Counted from the stretch's first letter, positions 1 through 9,364 are shown. The stretch is 39,869 nucleotides of DNA from Candidatus Nomurabacteria bacterium RIFCSPHIGHO2_01_FULL_36_23 (GCA_001786745.1 MFTF01000008.1:1-39869), one strand, 5' to 3'. Notes: generated by a model from the sequence alone, not told the origin. Numbers and translations are program-made.

Positions 1-854
1 TTAAAATAATTTTTATATTGTTTAAAAACTTCGGTTAAATGAATAGCCAGAGGGGAATCAAAGAAAATAGGCATTATTGGAATACGATTATTTTTTACTA
101 AAGAATCAAGCTCAAAGAGAAGTTCTTGTGAACGTTCTAAAGAAAATGTGGGAATGATAAGTGTTCCTTTTCTTTTATAATTATCCTCAATTGTTTCTTC
201 TAGAAATTTCCTGCGATCGTCTCTGGATTCATGATTTCTATCGCCATAGACGGATTCCATAATTAAATAATCCACGTCGGTAACTTTTTCAGGGTCAGGA
301 AGTATTGGTGAAGGACTATTACCCAAATCTCCAGTGAAAAGAATTTTCTTCCCATTATAAATAAATAAAAACATGGCGGAACCTAATATATGTCCAGTAT
401 TTAAGAAAGACACTTCTAAATTGGGAGTTATTTTTAATTTCTCATGATATTCAAAACCTTGCCAGAGAGAAAACGCCAGTTTTATATTCTCAGGCGTATA
501 AATTTTATCTAGATGAAGTTCTGTATTGCTAGATAATATACCCATAGTATCCTCCAACATAGGCAGAGCGAGCGATTTAGTGGGTTTTGTAGAATAAATC
601 ATTCCACGGAAACCTTCATGAATAAGTTTTGGAACACGACCCAAGTGGTCAACATGCGCATGAGTAATAAAAAGAATATCTATTCCCTTTGAATCATAAG
701 GAAAAGGATCCCAATTGATATCGTCCGCCAATTTCATTCCTTGGGTAAGACCGCAGTCAATTAAAATTCTTTTACCGTCAGCTTCTAAAAGAAAATTGGC
801 TCCCGTTACTGTGCCCGTCCCCCCGCAAAATGTTATTTTGGCAGTCTTTTCCAT
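1..854 (-). CDS. MBL-fold metallo-hydrolase (beta-CASP/RNA-processing type), N-terminal part; 3' end runs off the window
   Basis: Not in the ORF track because it is open at the window edge. Own translation from ATG 854-852 gives MEKTAKITFCGGTGTVTGANFLLEADGKRILIDCG...FITHAHVDHLGRVPKL, which contains the HxHxDH metal motif. Confidence 0.8.
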   Translation of the reverse strand, partial: MEKTAKITFCGGTGTVTGANFLLEADGKRILIDCGLTQGMKLADDINWDPFPYDSKGIDILFITHAHVDHLGRVPKLIHEGFRGMIYSTKPTKSLALPMLEDTMGILSSNTELHLDKIYTPENIKLAFSLWQGFEYHEKLKITPNLEVSFLNTGHILGSAMFLFIYNGKKILFTGDLGNSPSPILPDPEKVTDVDYLIMESVYGDRNHESRDDRRKFLEETIEDNYKRKGTLIIPTFSLERSQELLFELDSLVKNNRIPIMPIFFDSPLAIHLTEVFKQYKNYF

Positions 855-881
855 CCCATTAAAAAATTAAATTAATAAAAC

Positions 882-1280
882 TTACTCTTTACTACCAGTC
901 CGTTGATTTTCTAACGGGACAAGTAAATAAAGAATAGCACATAACCCGCCAGAAAGGTCAAAAAATATGTCTGAAGCAGTATCTAGAACATTAAAAGGAT
1001 TTTGGGCAATAATTTCGTTGATCAAAATTTCAAACACTTCCCACAACACTCCAACAGTAAGTACTAAAAGCAATGTTATGAAAATGGCGCCAAGCGGGCT
1101 ATCTTTAGGCGGAAAAAGATAAAGGAAGGCAAGTCCAACCCAAAATCCGCCGAGAAAATGCATAATCACGTCAAAATACCAAATGGAATAATACCAGTAG
1201 AATTTATTTGCAAAAAAATTTATTATAAGAATAAAAACAATAAGATATGCTAGGGTTTTGAAAAGCTTTTTCTTGTTCAT
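882..1280 (-). CDS. small multi-pass membrane protein, function unknown
   Basis: 132-aa ORF with several hydrophobic helices (LAYLIVFILIINFF, HFLGGFWVGLAFLYLF, ITLLLVLTVGVLW). No family recognised. Confidence 0.55.
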   Translation of the reverse strand: MNKKKLFKTLAYLIVFILIINFFANKFYWYYSIWYFDVIMHFLGGFWVGLAFLYLFPPKDSPLGAIFITLLLVLTVGVLWEVFEILINEIIAQNPFNVLDTASDIFFDLSGGLCAILYLLVPLENQRTGSKE

Positions 1281-1286
1281 TCACAC

Positions 1287-1292
1287 ATTATA
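1287..1292 (-). promoter_or_regulatory. -10 box TATAAT, 6 nt upstream of ATG 1280 (leaderless geometry)
   Basis: Minus strand reads TATAAT-gtgtga-ATG. No good -35 box. Confidence 0.35.
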
Positions 1293-1310
1293 CAGTGAAA
1301 TCGCCTTTTA

Positions 1311-1337
1311 AGAAAAAATCTCCGCCTCAGGTGGAGA
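1311..1337 (-). terminator. intrinsic terminator-like hairpin plus U-run
   Basis: Minus strand reads TCTCCACC-TGA-GGCGGAGA (8-bp stem with one wobble pair, 3-nt loop) followed by TTTTTTCTT. Confidence 0.5.
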
Positions 1338-1563
1338 GTTCTTCTTAGGACTATTTCTGATGTATTACCATAGCTCATAGCTAGGTGGGTGTCAGACGCA
1401 TTTGACCAAGATCAAATCCGATCGAGATTCCCTAAAAATAGTGTTCTAGGTAATAATCGGAAATAACCCTATTTTTAGTATAGCAAGATTAGTAACCTAG
1501 GCAACTAGACAGAGACAATTTTTTGTTTCTGAATTTTTCTGCAACTAAAAACACATATAGATT

Positions 1564-2148
1564 CTATTCATCTACTCCGAAACGTTTGTAATCGTAGGTT
1601 TTATTGTCACCGAACCAGTGTTTTATTTCATGCTCCGCTTCTTCGGGAGTTTCGGAACAGTGAATAATATTCATCACCGCACGTTTTTCTTTATTAGCCA
1701 GAGCTGGAGAATCAATAGAAAAATCTCCGCGAATTGTGCCCATATCCGCTTTGTATGGCATTGTGTCGCCCGCAATTTTGCGAACGACATCAACAGCATG
1801 TACGCCCTGCAAAACTATTTTCACAAGCGGAGCAGATTTCATATAATCAACAAGCCATTTGCGAATTTCAGGTCCGATAACTGATGGGTCAGTTGTTCCG
1901 AAATCTGCCATTGTGTCATAGCCATATTTTTCGTAAGTTGTAAGGGTTTTATGGCCAAGACGAGTAATCCATTCTTCGTTCTTTGGATAATGATCATCCA
2001 GTTGTTTATGGTTCGGCTGGAACATTTCTAGCGCCACAATTTTCAAATCTCGCTGTTCAAAACGGCGAATAATTTCTCCCGTGAGACCCTTTCTTACCCC
2101 GTCTGGCTTTATCATCACATATGTTCTTTCCTCTTTTGGATGTTTCAT
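1564..2148 (-). CDS. ndk: nucleoside diphosphate kinase with internal insertion
   Basis: VMIKPDGVRKGLTGEIIRRFEQRDLKIVALEM and the active-site His context NIIHCSETPEEA. At 194 aa it is about 45 aa longer than typical NDKs. Confidence 0.9.
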   Translation of the reverse strand: MKHPKEERTYVMIKPDGVRKGLTGEIIRRFEQRDLKIVALEMFQPNHKQLDDHYPKNEEWITRLGHKTLTTYEKYGYDTMADFGTTDPSVIGPEIRKWLVDYMKSAPLVKIVLQGVHAVDVVRKIAGDTMPYKADMGTIRGDFSIDSPALANKEKRAVMNIIHCSETPEEAEHEIKHWFGDNKTYDYKRFGVDE

Positions 2149-2156
2149 ATTTATCT

Positions 2157-2184
2157 ATACTAGCAGAAAAAATAATTTTTGCAA
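2157..2184 (-). promoter_or_regulatory. sigma70-like promoter TTGCAA-16-TAGTAT, 8 nt upstream of the ndk ATG
   Basis: Minus strand reads TTGCAA aaattattttttctgc TAGTAT agataaat ATG. Confidence 0.45.
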
Positions 2185-2202
2185 AATTTAATTTTTAAAA
2201 AT

Positions 2203-4965
2203 CTACTCCATCGTTTTATACCTCGCTATGATTTCATTTTCTACTTCGACGCGGTCGCGACCGTATTTGGCGTAGGAAAGTTCTTTTAAGTTATCCACTA
2301 TATCTTTATTCCCCGCTTCAGGCGCTAAAGTTTTTATATTAAAAGGCTTCACCGGCTGACCATTCACTAGCATGCTCATGTAAGCATTATAATTATCAAG
2401 TTTCGTAATATCCTGCGCGGAAAAAATTGGTTTAAATTTCTGCTCCAAGAAATTAGCGTCTTCGACGCCGACGCGAAATACCGCCATTGAACCCACATTG
2501 CCAAAAACGGCATTTTTGATATTTTCTTCCAGTTGGGTGATGTATTGATGAGCAAGGTTGAGCGAAAGTCGATATTTCCTGGCCTCAGATAAAATAGAAG
2601 AAATAGAATCGGTGGTAACATTTTGGAATTCATCAATATAAAGATAGAAGTCATTCATCGGATGACCAAACATATCCACCCGCGAGAGCGCCGCCATTTG
2701 AATTTTGCCGACAAGCACCAAACCGATTAAATTAGCATTGATATCGCCCAATCGTCCCTTGGATAGATTCACTAAGAGAATTTTTTTCTCATCCATAATT
2801 TTTCTGAAATTAAAAACGGAATTCTGTTGCAACACTACCGGACGCATAATATCGTTGGAAATAAAGTTATCAAATTTTGATGAAATATATGGCACGAAGT
2901 TCGCCAGCGACTGATCCCCCGTCGTCTGTTCAGCCGAAACCCAAAACTGCTTGATAATCGGATTTTTGCATCTAGATAATTTCAAATCGCGAAATTCTTT
3001 ATCGGCAAGCACTCTGGTAATCTCAAGTAGGGTTGAACCGGACTCTGGATCTTCCATTACTAAAAAAGCGCTATTTCTAAAATACTGCTCAAACATCGCT
3101 CCTCCACCTATTTTCATATCAAAAAGCTTGTTGAAAATTCCCATCAGCTCATTCACTACGAAAGTTTTTTGCTCAGGATATTTTGGATCATACTCCAGCA
3201 TATTGAGTCCCATCGGTCGCGCCGTATAAGCTGGATCAAAATAAATAACGTCATCAATGCGTTCTTTTGGGATACGAGATAGAATAGTTTGAATATCAGT
3301 GCCGTGTGGGTCAATATAACAGCAACCATCCCCGTTTTTGATGTCCTGCGTTATCATATTGAGCATAATGTTTGTTTTACCTGTTCCTGTTTGACCAATA
3401 GTATAAAAATGTCTCATTCGATCTTCACGCGCCATATGAATCTCGGTATCTCTGCCTCGATAGCTATTTATTCCTAAAATTATCCCCTCTTGACCCATTT
3501 CCAAAGGAACAGGGGCAATACCCGCTTTCGCCTCTTTAAGTTGAGGCTGACTGCCTATTCCTACTGGAAAATGAAAGACTGACGCAATCTCTTTTAAATT
3601 CATAGGCAGTACTTTGTCTCCTGTGAAGGATCGATAAGAAAAATCACGAAAAAGCTTTTTTAGGTCACTTCCTGTCGCTTCTTCAAAGACAAAAGAGTTG
3701 CTGGCCGCTTCAGAAAATTGATTGAAGGAAGATTCTATTTCTTTTAATATAGTTTGCGCTCGTTCTTTGGTTTCTCCAGACGCAATAATTCGAATATTGG
3801 CTTTCATAATCGTGCTTTTTACTTTATTTCCGATCTTTTCAACCGCCCCCTCATCCACTGCGCGCCGGCCCTTCATATATTTTTCTTTATTTTCTTCTTC
3901 TTTTTTTGCGCCAAAAAGAAGTTCTTTACCTGCTTTTAAAAAAGCTTTATTGAATTTATAAAAATTATCGGCTGCATGCTTGACGGACGTTCCGTCTTTA
4001 ACATCGTCTAATATCTTGTGAAATTCATTTATGAATTTATCCCCCGCAGGCGCAACCACCAGCTGAATCGCCGCTCCCTCGCCCTTTGTTTTTAATTTAG
4101 AAAATACATTAAGTATTGTATTCATAGGATCATGCTCTATGTTGTCATAAGTTTTTATTGGCATCACAGGACGCTCTGAGAAGCTGGCATAAGCGCCAAC
4201 TGAACTCCCTGTTTCATTGAAAATATTATAATCATCTGGCATCTCGCGAATTTTTGCATTATGGTAAAAAGCTAAAATCTGTTTCTCAAAAAGTGAAAGA
4301 TGTTTATTTGGTATTGCCGCATAGACAATTACTTCATCATTTTCCATGCTGAGAGCCACTTCCAGCGTAAAATAATTTTCTTTTTCGTTGTTCTCGCCGA
4401 TAGAAATGGAATGCATGCCGGCATAAAATTGCTCCATCGCGCCGATAAATTCTTTGAAACCTTTGGACTTGTCGGCTTCATCGGTGGGGGGCGGCAATGT
4501 TATTTCAAAAAGCGTCATATTGAGAGATTTATACAATGGCGTGCCTTCTTTGAAATCAAGCGTGGCTTGACCTGTTTTTAAATATTGGATTAGAACTCGG
4601 TGAAAATCATCGTCAATGTGCGGATTCTCCATAGCAAATGCCACAGAGAGCGCATTTTTAATTCCTTTAGTGATTATAATACCCAAAAGTTCTTCCATTA
4701 TACTGTCGTGGGATTCAGGCCGAAGCTGCAACACAATTCCAGCCGCTTCTTTTTCATTCAGAAGATTGCTCTTGTGAATCGCCTGTTCAGCTGGTACTTT
4801 ATGATATTCTAAAATTACGTCTCTAGCCGCATTATTTTTTGCTTGTTCAATATGCCCTGCCTTAATAAGTTCTTGCTCACGAGCTCGCACGTGAGCGCGC
4901 AAAAAACTAAGCTCTTCTTCGGGCGTCTTGAATTTTGGCATTTCCTTAAAAAGAAATGGTTCCAT
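2203..4965 (-). CDS. VirD4/TraD-like (T4SS coupling-protein-type) P-loop ATPase with a ~500-aa N-terminal region of unknown function
   Basis: Walker A GQTGTGKTN, Walker B-like FYLYIDEFQN, and C-terminal ARKYRLSLNLAHQY. No obvious N-terminal TM helices. ATG 4965 is preferred because a TATAAT lies 7 nt upstream; the track start is 5013. Confidence 0.7.
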   Translation of the reverse strand: MEPFLFKEMPKFKTPEEELSFLRAHVRAREQELIKAGHIEQAKNNAARDVILEYHKVPAEQAIHKSNLLNEKEAAGIVLQLRPESHDSIMEELLGIIITKGIKNALSVAFAMENPHIDDDFHRVLIQYLKTGQATLDFKEGTPLYKSLNMTLFEITLPPPTDEADKSKGFKEFIGAMEQFYAGMHSISIGENNEKENYFTLEVALSMENDEVIVYAAIPNKHLSLFEKQILAFYHNAKIREMPDDYNIFNETGSSVGAYASFSERPVMPIKTYDNIEHDPMNTILNVFSKLKTKGEGAAIQLVVAPAGDKFINEFHKILDDVKDGTSVKHAADNFYKFNKAFLKAGKELLFGAKKEEENKEKYMKGRRAVDEGAVEKIGNKVKSTIMKANIRIIASGETKERAQTILKEIESSFNQFSEAASNSFVFEEATGSDLKKLFRDFSYRSFTGDKVLPMNLKEIASVFHFPVGIGSQPQLKEAKAGIAPVPLEMGQEGIILGINSYRGRDTEIHMAREDRMRHFYTIGQTGTGKTNIMLNMITQDIKNGDGCCYIDPHGTDIQTILSRIPKERIDDVIYFDPAYTARPMGLNMLEYDPKYPEQKTFVVNELMGIFNKLFDMKIGGGAMFEQYFRNSAFLVMEDPESGSTLLEITRVLADKEFRDLKLSRCKNPIIKQFWVSAEQTTGDQSLANFVPYISSKFDNFISNDIMRPVVLQQNSVFNFRKIMDEKKILLVNLSKGRLGDINANLIGLVLVGKIQMAALSRVDMFGHPMNDFYLYIDEFQNVTTDSISSILSEARKYRLSLNLAHQYITQLEENIKNAVFGNVGSMAVFRVGVEDANFLEQKFKPIFSAQDITKLDNYNAYMSMLVNGQPVKPFNIKTLAPEAGNKDIVDNLKELSYAKYGRDRVEVENEIIARYKTME

Positions 4966-4972
4966 TATTGTA

Positions 4973-4978
4973 ATTATA
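4973..4978 (-). promoter_or_regulatory. -10 box TATAAT, 7 nt upstream of ATG 4965
   Basis: Minus strand reads GGGTATATAAT-tacaata-ATG. The -35 box is weak. Confidence 0.35.
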
Positions 4979-4996
4979 TACCCAAAAAAGCGGAAA

Positions 4997-5058
4997 CGGA
5001 ATTGCTTTTTCAAATGGTCTGGGGATTTTTTCCGAGGACCTGAGAAAAAGCAATTCCG
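4997..5058. repeat. 15-bp perfect inverted repeat with 32-nt spacer between map and the ATPase gene
   Basis: CGGAATTGCTTTTTC (4997-5011) pairs with GAAAAAGCAATTCCG (5044-5058). On the minus strand it is followed by TTTCCGCTTTTTT, so it may terminate the map operon. Confidence 0.6.
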
Positions 5059-5064
5059 CTGAAG

Positions 5065-5832
5065 TTAGATTTTGGTCAAAATTTCTGGCCCATCGTTTGT
5101 AATAAGGATAGTATGCTCAAAATGCGCGCTGGGTTTCCCGTCAGCTGTGCGAAAAGTATAACCATCTTTGTCTAATGTTACATTTTTTGTGCCCGCGTTT
5201 AACATGGGTTCCAGCGCGATTACCATACCCGGAACAAGCTTCACGCCTGTTCCCTTTTTTCCAAAATTAGGAATATAAGGGTCTTCGTGGATTGTTCGCC
5301 CAACACCATGCCCCGAAAGAACTTCTACAATTCCGTATCCATGGGGACGCACGAAATTTTCAATGCTGTCACCAATATCGCCAACTGTATTGCCCGCTAC
5401 GGCTATATTGATGCCTGCCTGTAAAGCTTGTTCGGTAATTTTCAGGAGCTTGGCGGCAGAGGCGCTCACGGCGCCGACCGGCGCCGTGAGCGCCATGTCC
5501 GTAAAAAGACCCTTATGTTTCAGGCCTAAATCAAGCGCAACAATATCGCCTTCTTTTAAAATTCGCTTGGGGCTTGGAATGCCGTGCACTACTTCATCAT
5601 TGACTGAGACACATAAAGACGCAGGAAATGGCATCTTGGCTCCTTCGGGACGATAATTTAAAAATGCCGGCTCATCGCCCATTTCTCTAATCAGTTTAGT
5701 GGCATATGTATCCAAATCTTTTGTAGAAACTCCAGGCGCCACTTTTTCTTTTATTTTATGAAGTATGGTCGCCAAACGCTTTCCGCCTTCTCGTAGTATT
5801 TCTATTTCTTCCGGTGTTTTAATGACAATCAT
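5065..5832 (-). CDS. map: type I methionine aminopeptidase
   Basis: 255 aa, with VVHGIP, DIVALDLG, FTDMA, SGHGVGR and HFEHT motifs. Sits in the canonical position after adk. Confidence 0.95.
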   Translation of the reverse strand: MIVIKTPEEIEILREGGKRLATILHKIKEKVAPGVSTKDLDTYATKLIREMGDEPAFLNYRPEGAKMPFPASLCVSVNDEVVHGIPSPKRILKEGDIVALDLGLKHKGLFTDMALTAPVGAVSASAAKLLKITEQALQAGINIAVAGNTVGDIGDSIENFVRPHGYGIVEVLSGHGVGRTIHEDPYIPNFGKKGTGVKLVPGMVIALEPMLNAGTKNVTLDKDGYTFRTADGKPSAHFEHTILITNDGPEILTKI

Positions 5833-5835
5833 AGA

Positions 5836-6519
5836 TTAGGAAATTATCGTCCCTAAAAACTTTTCCCCGTTTAAATATTTTGCCAGATTATCAATCGGCT
5901 TGCCATTCATAATTATTATTTGGATACCTTCCTCTTCTGCCATTTTTGAAGCTATGGGATCAAATGGGGAATCAAGTTTTGAAGTCCATTCAGCAGGAAT
6001 AATGGCTCTATAGTCTGCCCAAGAAATCTGTTCAATCTTTTTAGCATTTGGATTTTTTTGGGGGTCTGAATCATAGACATAGTCAATATTTGATAGATTT
6101 ATTATCTTTTTTGCGCCAACTGTTTTCGCAGCTGTAACCGCATCCCAATCTGAACTTTTTCCGGGCTCGTAAGCTGAACCTATAACAATCGACTTTTCAA
6201 AAGAAAAATTATTTGAAAGATCCTCAATGACTTTACTATGGGCATGTTCTCCAAAAATAACCCTCAATAATTCTGCATTCAATTTTAAAGAAGCAATACC
6301 AATCCAGTCTAAATCTTCATTGGAAGGACTAGTAAGTTCTTTAGCTGCTTCATTATACCTTCGATTGATTTTACCTCCACCTGTAATAATCACAAATTTT
6401 TTACCTTTGACAATATGTGAAAGAATTAAGGTTTTAAAATTTTTTAAAAAATCTATATTTAGATCGTCCGGCACAATCAACGACCCGCCCAGTGAAATAA
6501 TTATTGTTTCGTCATTCAT
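5836..6519 (-). CDS. pyrH: UMP kinase, archaeal-type (amino-acid kinase fold)
   Basis: IISLGGSLIVPD...VIITGGGKINRRY...DSDPQKNPNAKK pattern, 227 aa. Confidence 0.75.
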   Translation of the reverse strand: MNDETIIISLGGSLIVPDDLNIDFLKNFKTLILSHIVKGKKFVIITGGGKINRRYNEAAKELTSPSNEDLDWIGIASLKLNAELLRVIFGEHAHSKVIEDLSNNFSFEKSIVIGSAYEPGKSSDWDAVTAAKTVGAKKIINLSNIDYVYDSDPQKNPNAKKIEQISWADYRAIIPAEWTSKLDSPFDPIASKMAEEEGIQIIIMNGKPIDNLAKYLNGEKFLGTIIS

Positions 6520-6520
6520 G

Positions 6521-7120
6521 TTAAAAATTTAATACTTTAATAATATCTTTATGCACATTTTCAACCGTTTGTTCTCCATTAATTTCAATAAAATTATAAT
6601 CCGACTTATCGCGAAAATAATCCATAGAAGGCACGACGTCCTTCTCATACCAATCTAATCTATTTTGGATTTTCTCTGGAGTATCATCGGCTCTTTTCCG
6701 TTCTATCATTCTGGCGTAAGACCAATCTTTTGAAACGTTCATTAAAATAATGTTGCGTTTTTCTATTTTGTAAAAATCAAAAGCAGAATCAAGGGCTATG
6801 GACTCCGCTTCTCTGCGACACACTCCGTCGAAAACTAAATCTTCTTTACCGAAAAAATTTTTCACTAAAGTTTGTGTCCAAAGCCAAATCGGCAAGAAGA
6901 CAGGAATAAGCGCTCCTTCTCTTAGAATATTTCCAGCTAGCATGCTGGAAGTATTATTCGTTTTTATAAATTCCCTAAATAGACTGCCTGTCTCAACATA
7001 CAAAACCTTTCTTCTTTGTGATTCTAAAAAATTAACCAGAAGTTTTGCCTGAGTGCCTTTCCCGCATCCAGATCGCCCAAAAAAGACAAAAGCTTGTGAA
7101 TTCATAGTGAAAGAATACAC
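6521..7120 (-). CDS. adk: adenylate kinase family protein
   Basis: P-loop FFGRSGCGKGTQAKLL and position between secY and map. ATG 7105 is an alternative start. Confidence 0.8.
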   Translation of the reverse strand: MYSFTMNSQAFVFFGRSGCGKGTQAKLLVNFLESQRRKVLYVETGSLFREFIKTNNTSSMLAGNILREGALIPVFLPIWLWTQTLVKNFFGKEDLVFDGVCRREAESIALDSAFDFYKIEKRNIILMNVSKDWSYARMIERKRADDTPEKIQNRLDWYEKDVVPSMDYFRDKSDYNFIEINGEQTVENVHKDIIKVLNF

Positions 7121-7143
7121 AATTTTTCAAAAAAAATCAAGGA

Positions 7144-8415
7144 TTAATACTCCCGCATGGAAATTTGCGCGTCTATTTTTTTTATCAGGTCAAGAACAAC
7201 AGAAACAACGATGAGAATAGATGTGCCTCCGATAGCCAGAGAAGCAATGCCTGTTATGTGTTGCATAATGATAGGCAAAACGGCGATAAAACCAAGAAAA
7301 ACTGCTCCGAGCAATGTAATACGGCTTAATACTTTTGAAATGTAATCGGAAGTTGATGCTCCAGGACGAATACCCGGAATGAAAGCGCCGTTTTTTTGTA
7401 AATTGGTGGAAAGCGCTTCTGGATCAAAAGTAACCGCAGTATAAAAGTAAGTAAAGAGAAAGACTAAAATAAAATACAATACCGCGTAAAGTATTGAAGT
7501 CTGTGAAAATGCAACAAGTATCTGAGAAATTTTTACCAAAATTATATTGCTGAAACGTGATAGAAAAGTGCCAATCATAACCGGAAAAAGTAAAATGGAA
7601 AGCGCAAAAATTATTGGAATTACTCCGGCTTGATTTACACGAAGGGGTAAATAAGTGGAGCCACCACCATACATTTTCATACCCCGGACACGTTTGGCAT
7701 AAGTAACTGGAATCGGACGTTCAGCTTCAGTAACAAAAACAATTCCTGCTATAATCAGCACGCCAGCTACGGCAAACATAAGAAAAAGCGGAACTTGAGA
7801 GACATCAAAAGTAAAAATAAGCTGACTGACTTCTGAAGGAAGCCTAGAAACAATACCAGCGAAAATTATAAGCGATACTCCATTACCAATGCCAAATTCA
7901 GATATAAGTTCGCCGATCCACATTAACAACACTGCTCCGGCAACCACAATTGTCAAATTTGTAATTCGATCAAAGGCTGTCAAATTAACCAAAATGTTCT
8001 GGTTTTCCAAAATCGCCAGAAGACTGAAACCTTGAATCAGCGCCAAGGGAACAGTGAGTAATCTGCCATATTGGGTAAATTTTTTTCTGCCGGCCTCGCC
8101 TTCCTCATGGTAAATTCTTTTAAGGGCTGGAACCATAATAGTTAAAAGTTGCATAATAATTGAACCAGTGATGTAAGGGCCAACACCAAGCATTATTATA
8201 GAAAGATTGGAAAGTCCGCCTCCTGAAAATATATTTAAAATACCAAAAAATTGATTATTGGAAAGAAATCGATTAAGCTCAGCTGTATCAATACCTGGAA
8301 TAGGAATAGCCGAAAGCAACCTAAATACTATTAACGAAAAAAGCACGAATAAGACTCTTTTTCTTAGAGTGATATCTGTCCAAATCAATTTCATTTTATT
8401 CAAAAAATTTTGCAT
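7144..8415 (-). CDS. secY: preprotein translocase subunit SecY
   Basis: 423 aa, 10-TM pattern, LSAIPIPGID and GGSTYLPLRVNQAGVIPIIFA motifs. Confidence 0.95.
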   Translation of the reverse strand: MQNFLNKMKLIWTDITLRKRVLFVLFSLIVFRLLSAIPIPGIDTAELNRFLSNNQFFGILNIFSGGGLSNLSIIMLGVGPYITGSIIMQLLTIMVPALKRIYHEEGEAGRKKFTQYGRLLTVPLALIQGFSLLAILENQNILVNLTAFDRITNLTIVVAGAVLLMWIGELISEFGIGNGVSLIIFAGIVSRLPSEVSQLIFTFDVSQVPLFLMFAVAGVLIIAGIVFVTEAERPIPVTYAKRVRGMKMYGGGSTYLPLRVNQAGVIPIIFALSILLFPVMIGTFLSRFSNIILVKISQILVAFSQTSILYAVLYFILVFLFTYFYTAVTFDPEALSTNLQKNGAFIPGIRPGASTSDYISKVLSRITLLGAVFLGFIAVLPIIMQHITGIASLAIGGTSILIVVSVVLDLIKKIDAQISMREY

Positions 8416-8440
8416 TGCACTTTATAAATTTTATAATTAT

Positions 8441-8752
8441 CTACTTTATAATTATCTTCCCTCCTTTAATGCCAAGACGCTTTCTGATTTCTGAGAATGT
8501 TTCTATCTTTCCATCTTTAGAAAGAATTTTATCTTTACGCAGTTCAAATGGCTTGCGAACAGATTTGAATTGATACCCGCGATTCTTCGGCAACTTCTTA
8601 ATAATATCACGAAGTTCTGGGCGACGTTTATTGCCCGCGCGAGCTGTTTGTCCTTTGCCTCCACGACCTGAAGTTTTAGCGTGCTTGCCTCCACGACCCA
8701 CCAGTCGATCTCTTTTGTTCTTATGTTGCCTTTTTAAATTATGTATCTGCAT
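8441..8752 (-). CDS. rplO: 50S ribosomal protein L15 (short form)
   Basis: VGRGGKHAKTSGRGGKGQTARAG and operon position. Only 103 aa. Confidence 0.85.
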   Translation of the reverse strand: MQIHNLKRQHKNKRDRLVGRGGKHAKTSGRGGKGQTARAGNKRRPELRDIIKKLPKNRGYQFKSVRKPFELRKDKILSKDGKIETFSEIRKRLGIKGGKIIIK

Positions 8753-8758
8753 GAAAAT

Positions 8759-9364
8759 TTATTGTTCCCCGCCTGCAACGTTATGCGTGGCATTGCGGGC
8801 AGGTTTTTCCACTTCGGGAATAACGATTTCTTGGTTGGTAATAACAATACTTTCTGGAATTATTTTTGCATACTTTTTAGAAATAACTGAAAGCGCCTTC
8901 ACAACCGCCTTAGCATTGTTTAATTTATTCTTGCTATTAGATAAAATTTTTCCCGTAATGTCTTTCATGCCGGATAATTTTACTATATCGCGGACTACTG
9001 AACCGGCTACAAGTCCACGACCTTTGTTGGGTAATAGCTTAACATGTGAGCTTGAAAATTTAGCAGAGAGCTCGTGGGGAATAGACATAGTTTTTGTGAG
9101 ATTCAATCTAATCATATTTTTCTTAGCATTTCTGACTGCTTTGTTGATTGCCAGGGCAGTATCTCCCGCTTTTCCCAAACCCAAACCAATAGATCCTTTT
9201 TTATCCCCAGCCACCAATGCAACACTAAAAGAGAATCGACGTCCTCCGGCTACGACTCTAGTAACACGACGAATATTTATAATCTTTTGGTCAAATTCCG
9301 GTTTTGATCGACCAAAAGAAGAAGATCGACGTCCACTATTCTTTTTTTCTTTTCCTTTTTCCAT
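8759..9364 (-). CDS. rpsE: 30S ribosomal protein S5
   Basis: INIRRVTRVVAGGRRFSFSVALVAGDKKGSIGLGLGKA, with N- and C-terminal extensions. Confidence 0.95.
   Translation of the reverse strand: MEKGKEKKNSGRRSSSFGRSKPEFDQKIINIRRVTRVVAGGRRFSFSVALVAGDKKGSIGLGLGKAGDTALAINKAVRNAKKNMIRLNLTKTMSIPHELSAKFSSSHVKLLPNKGRGLVAGSVVRDIVKLSGMKDITGKILSNSKNKLNNAKAVVKALSVISKKYAKIIPESIVITNQEIVIPEVEKPARNATHNVAGGEQ

Noticed and set aside
1400-1430. The tRNA-like T-loop resemblance GATCAAATCCGATC
   Set aside because: The flanking bases cannot form a 5-bp T-stem, and I could not draw an acceptor, D or anticodon arm on either strand.
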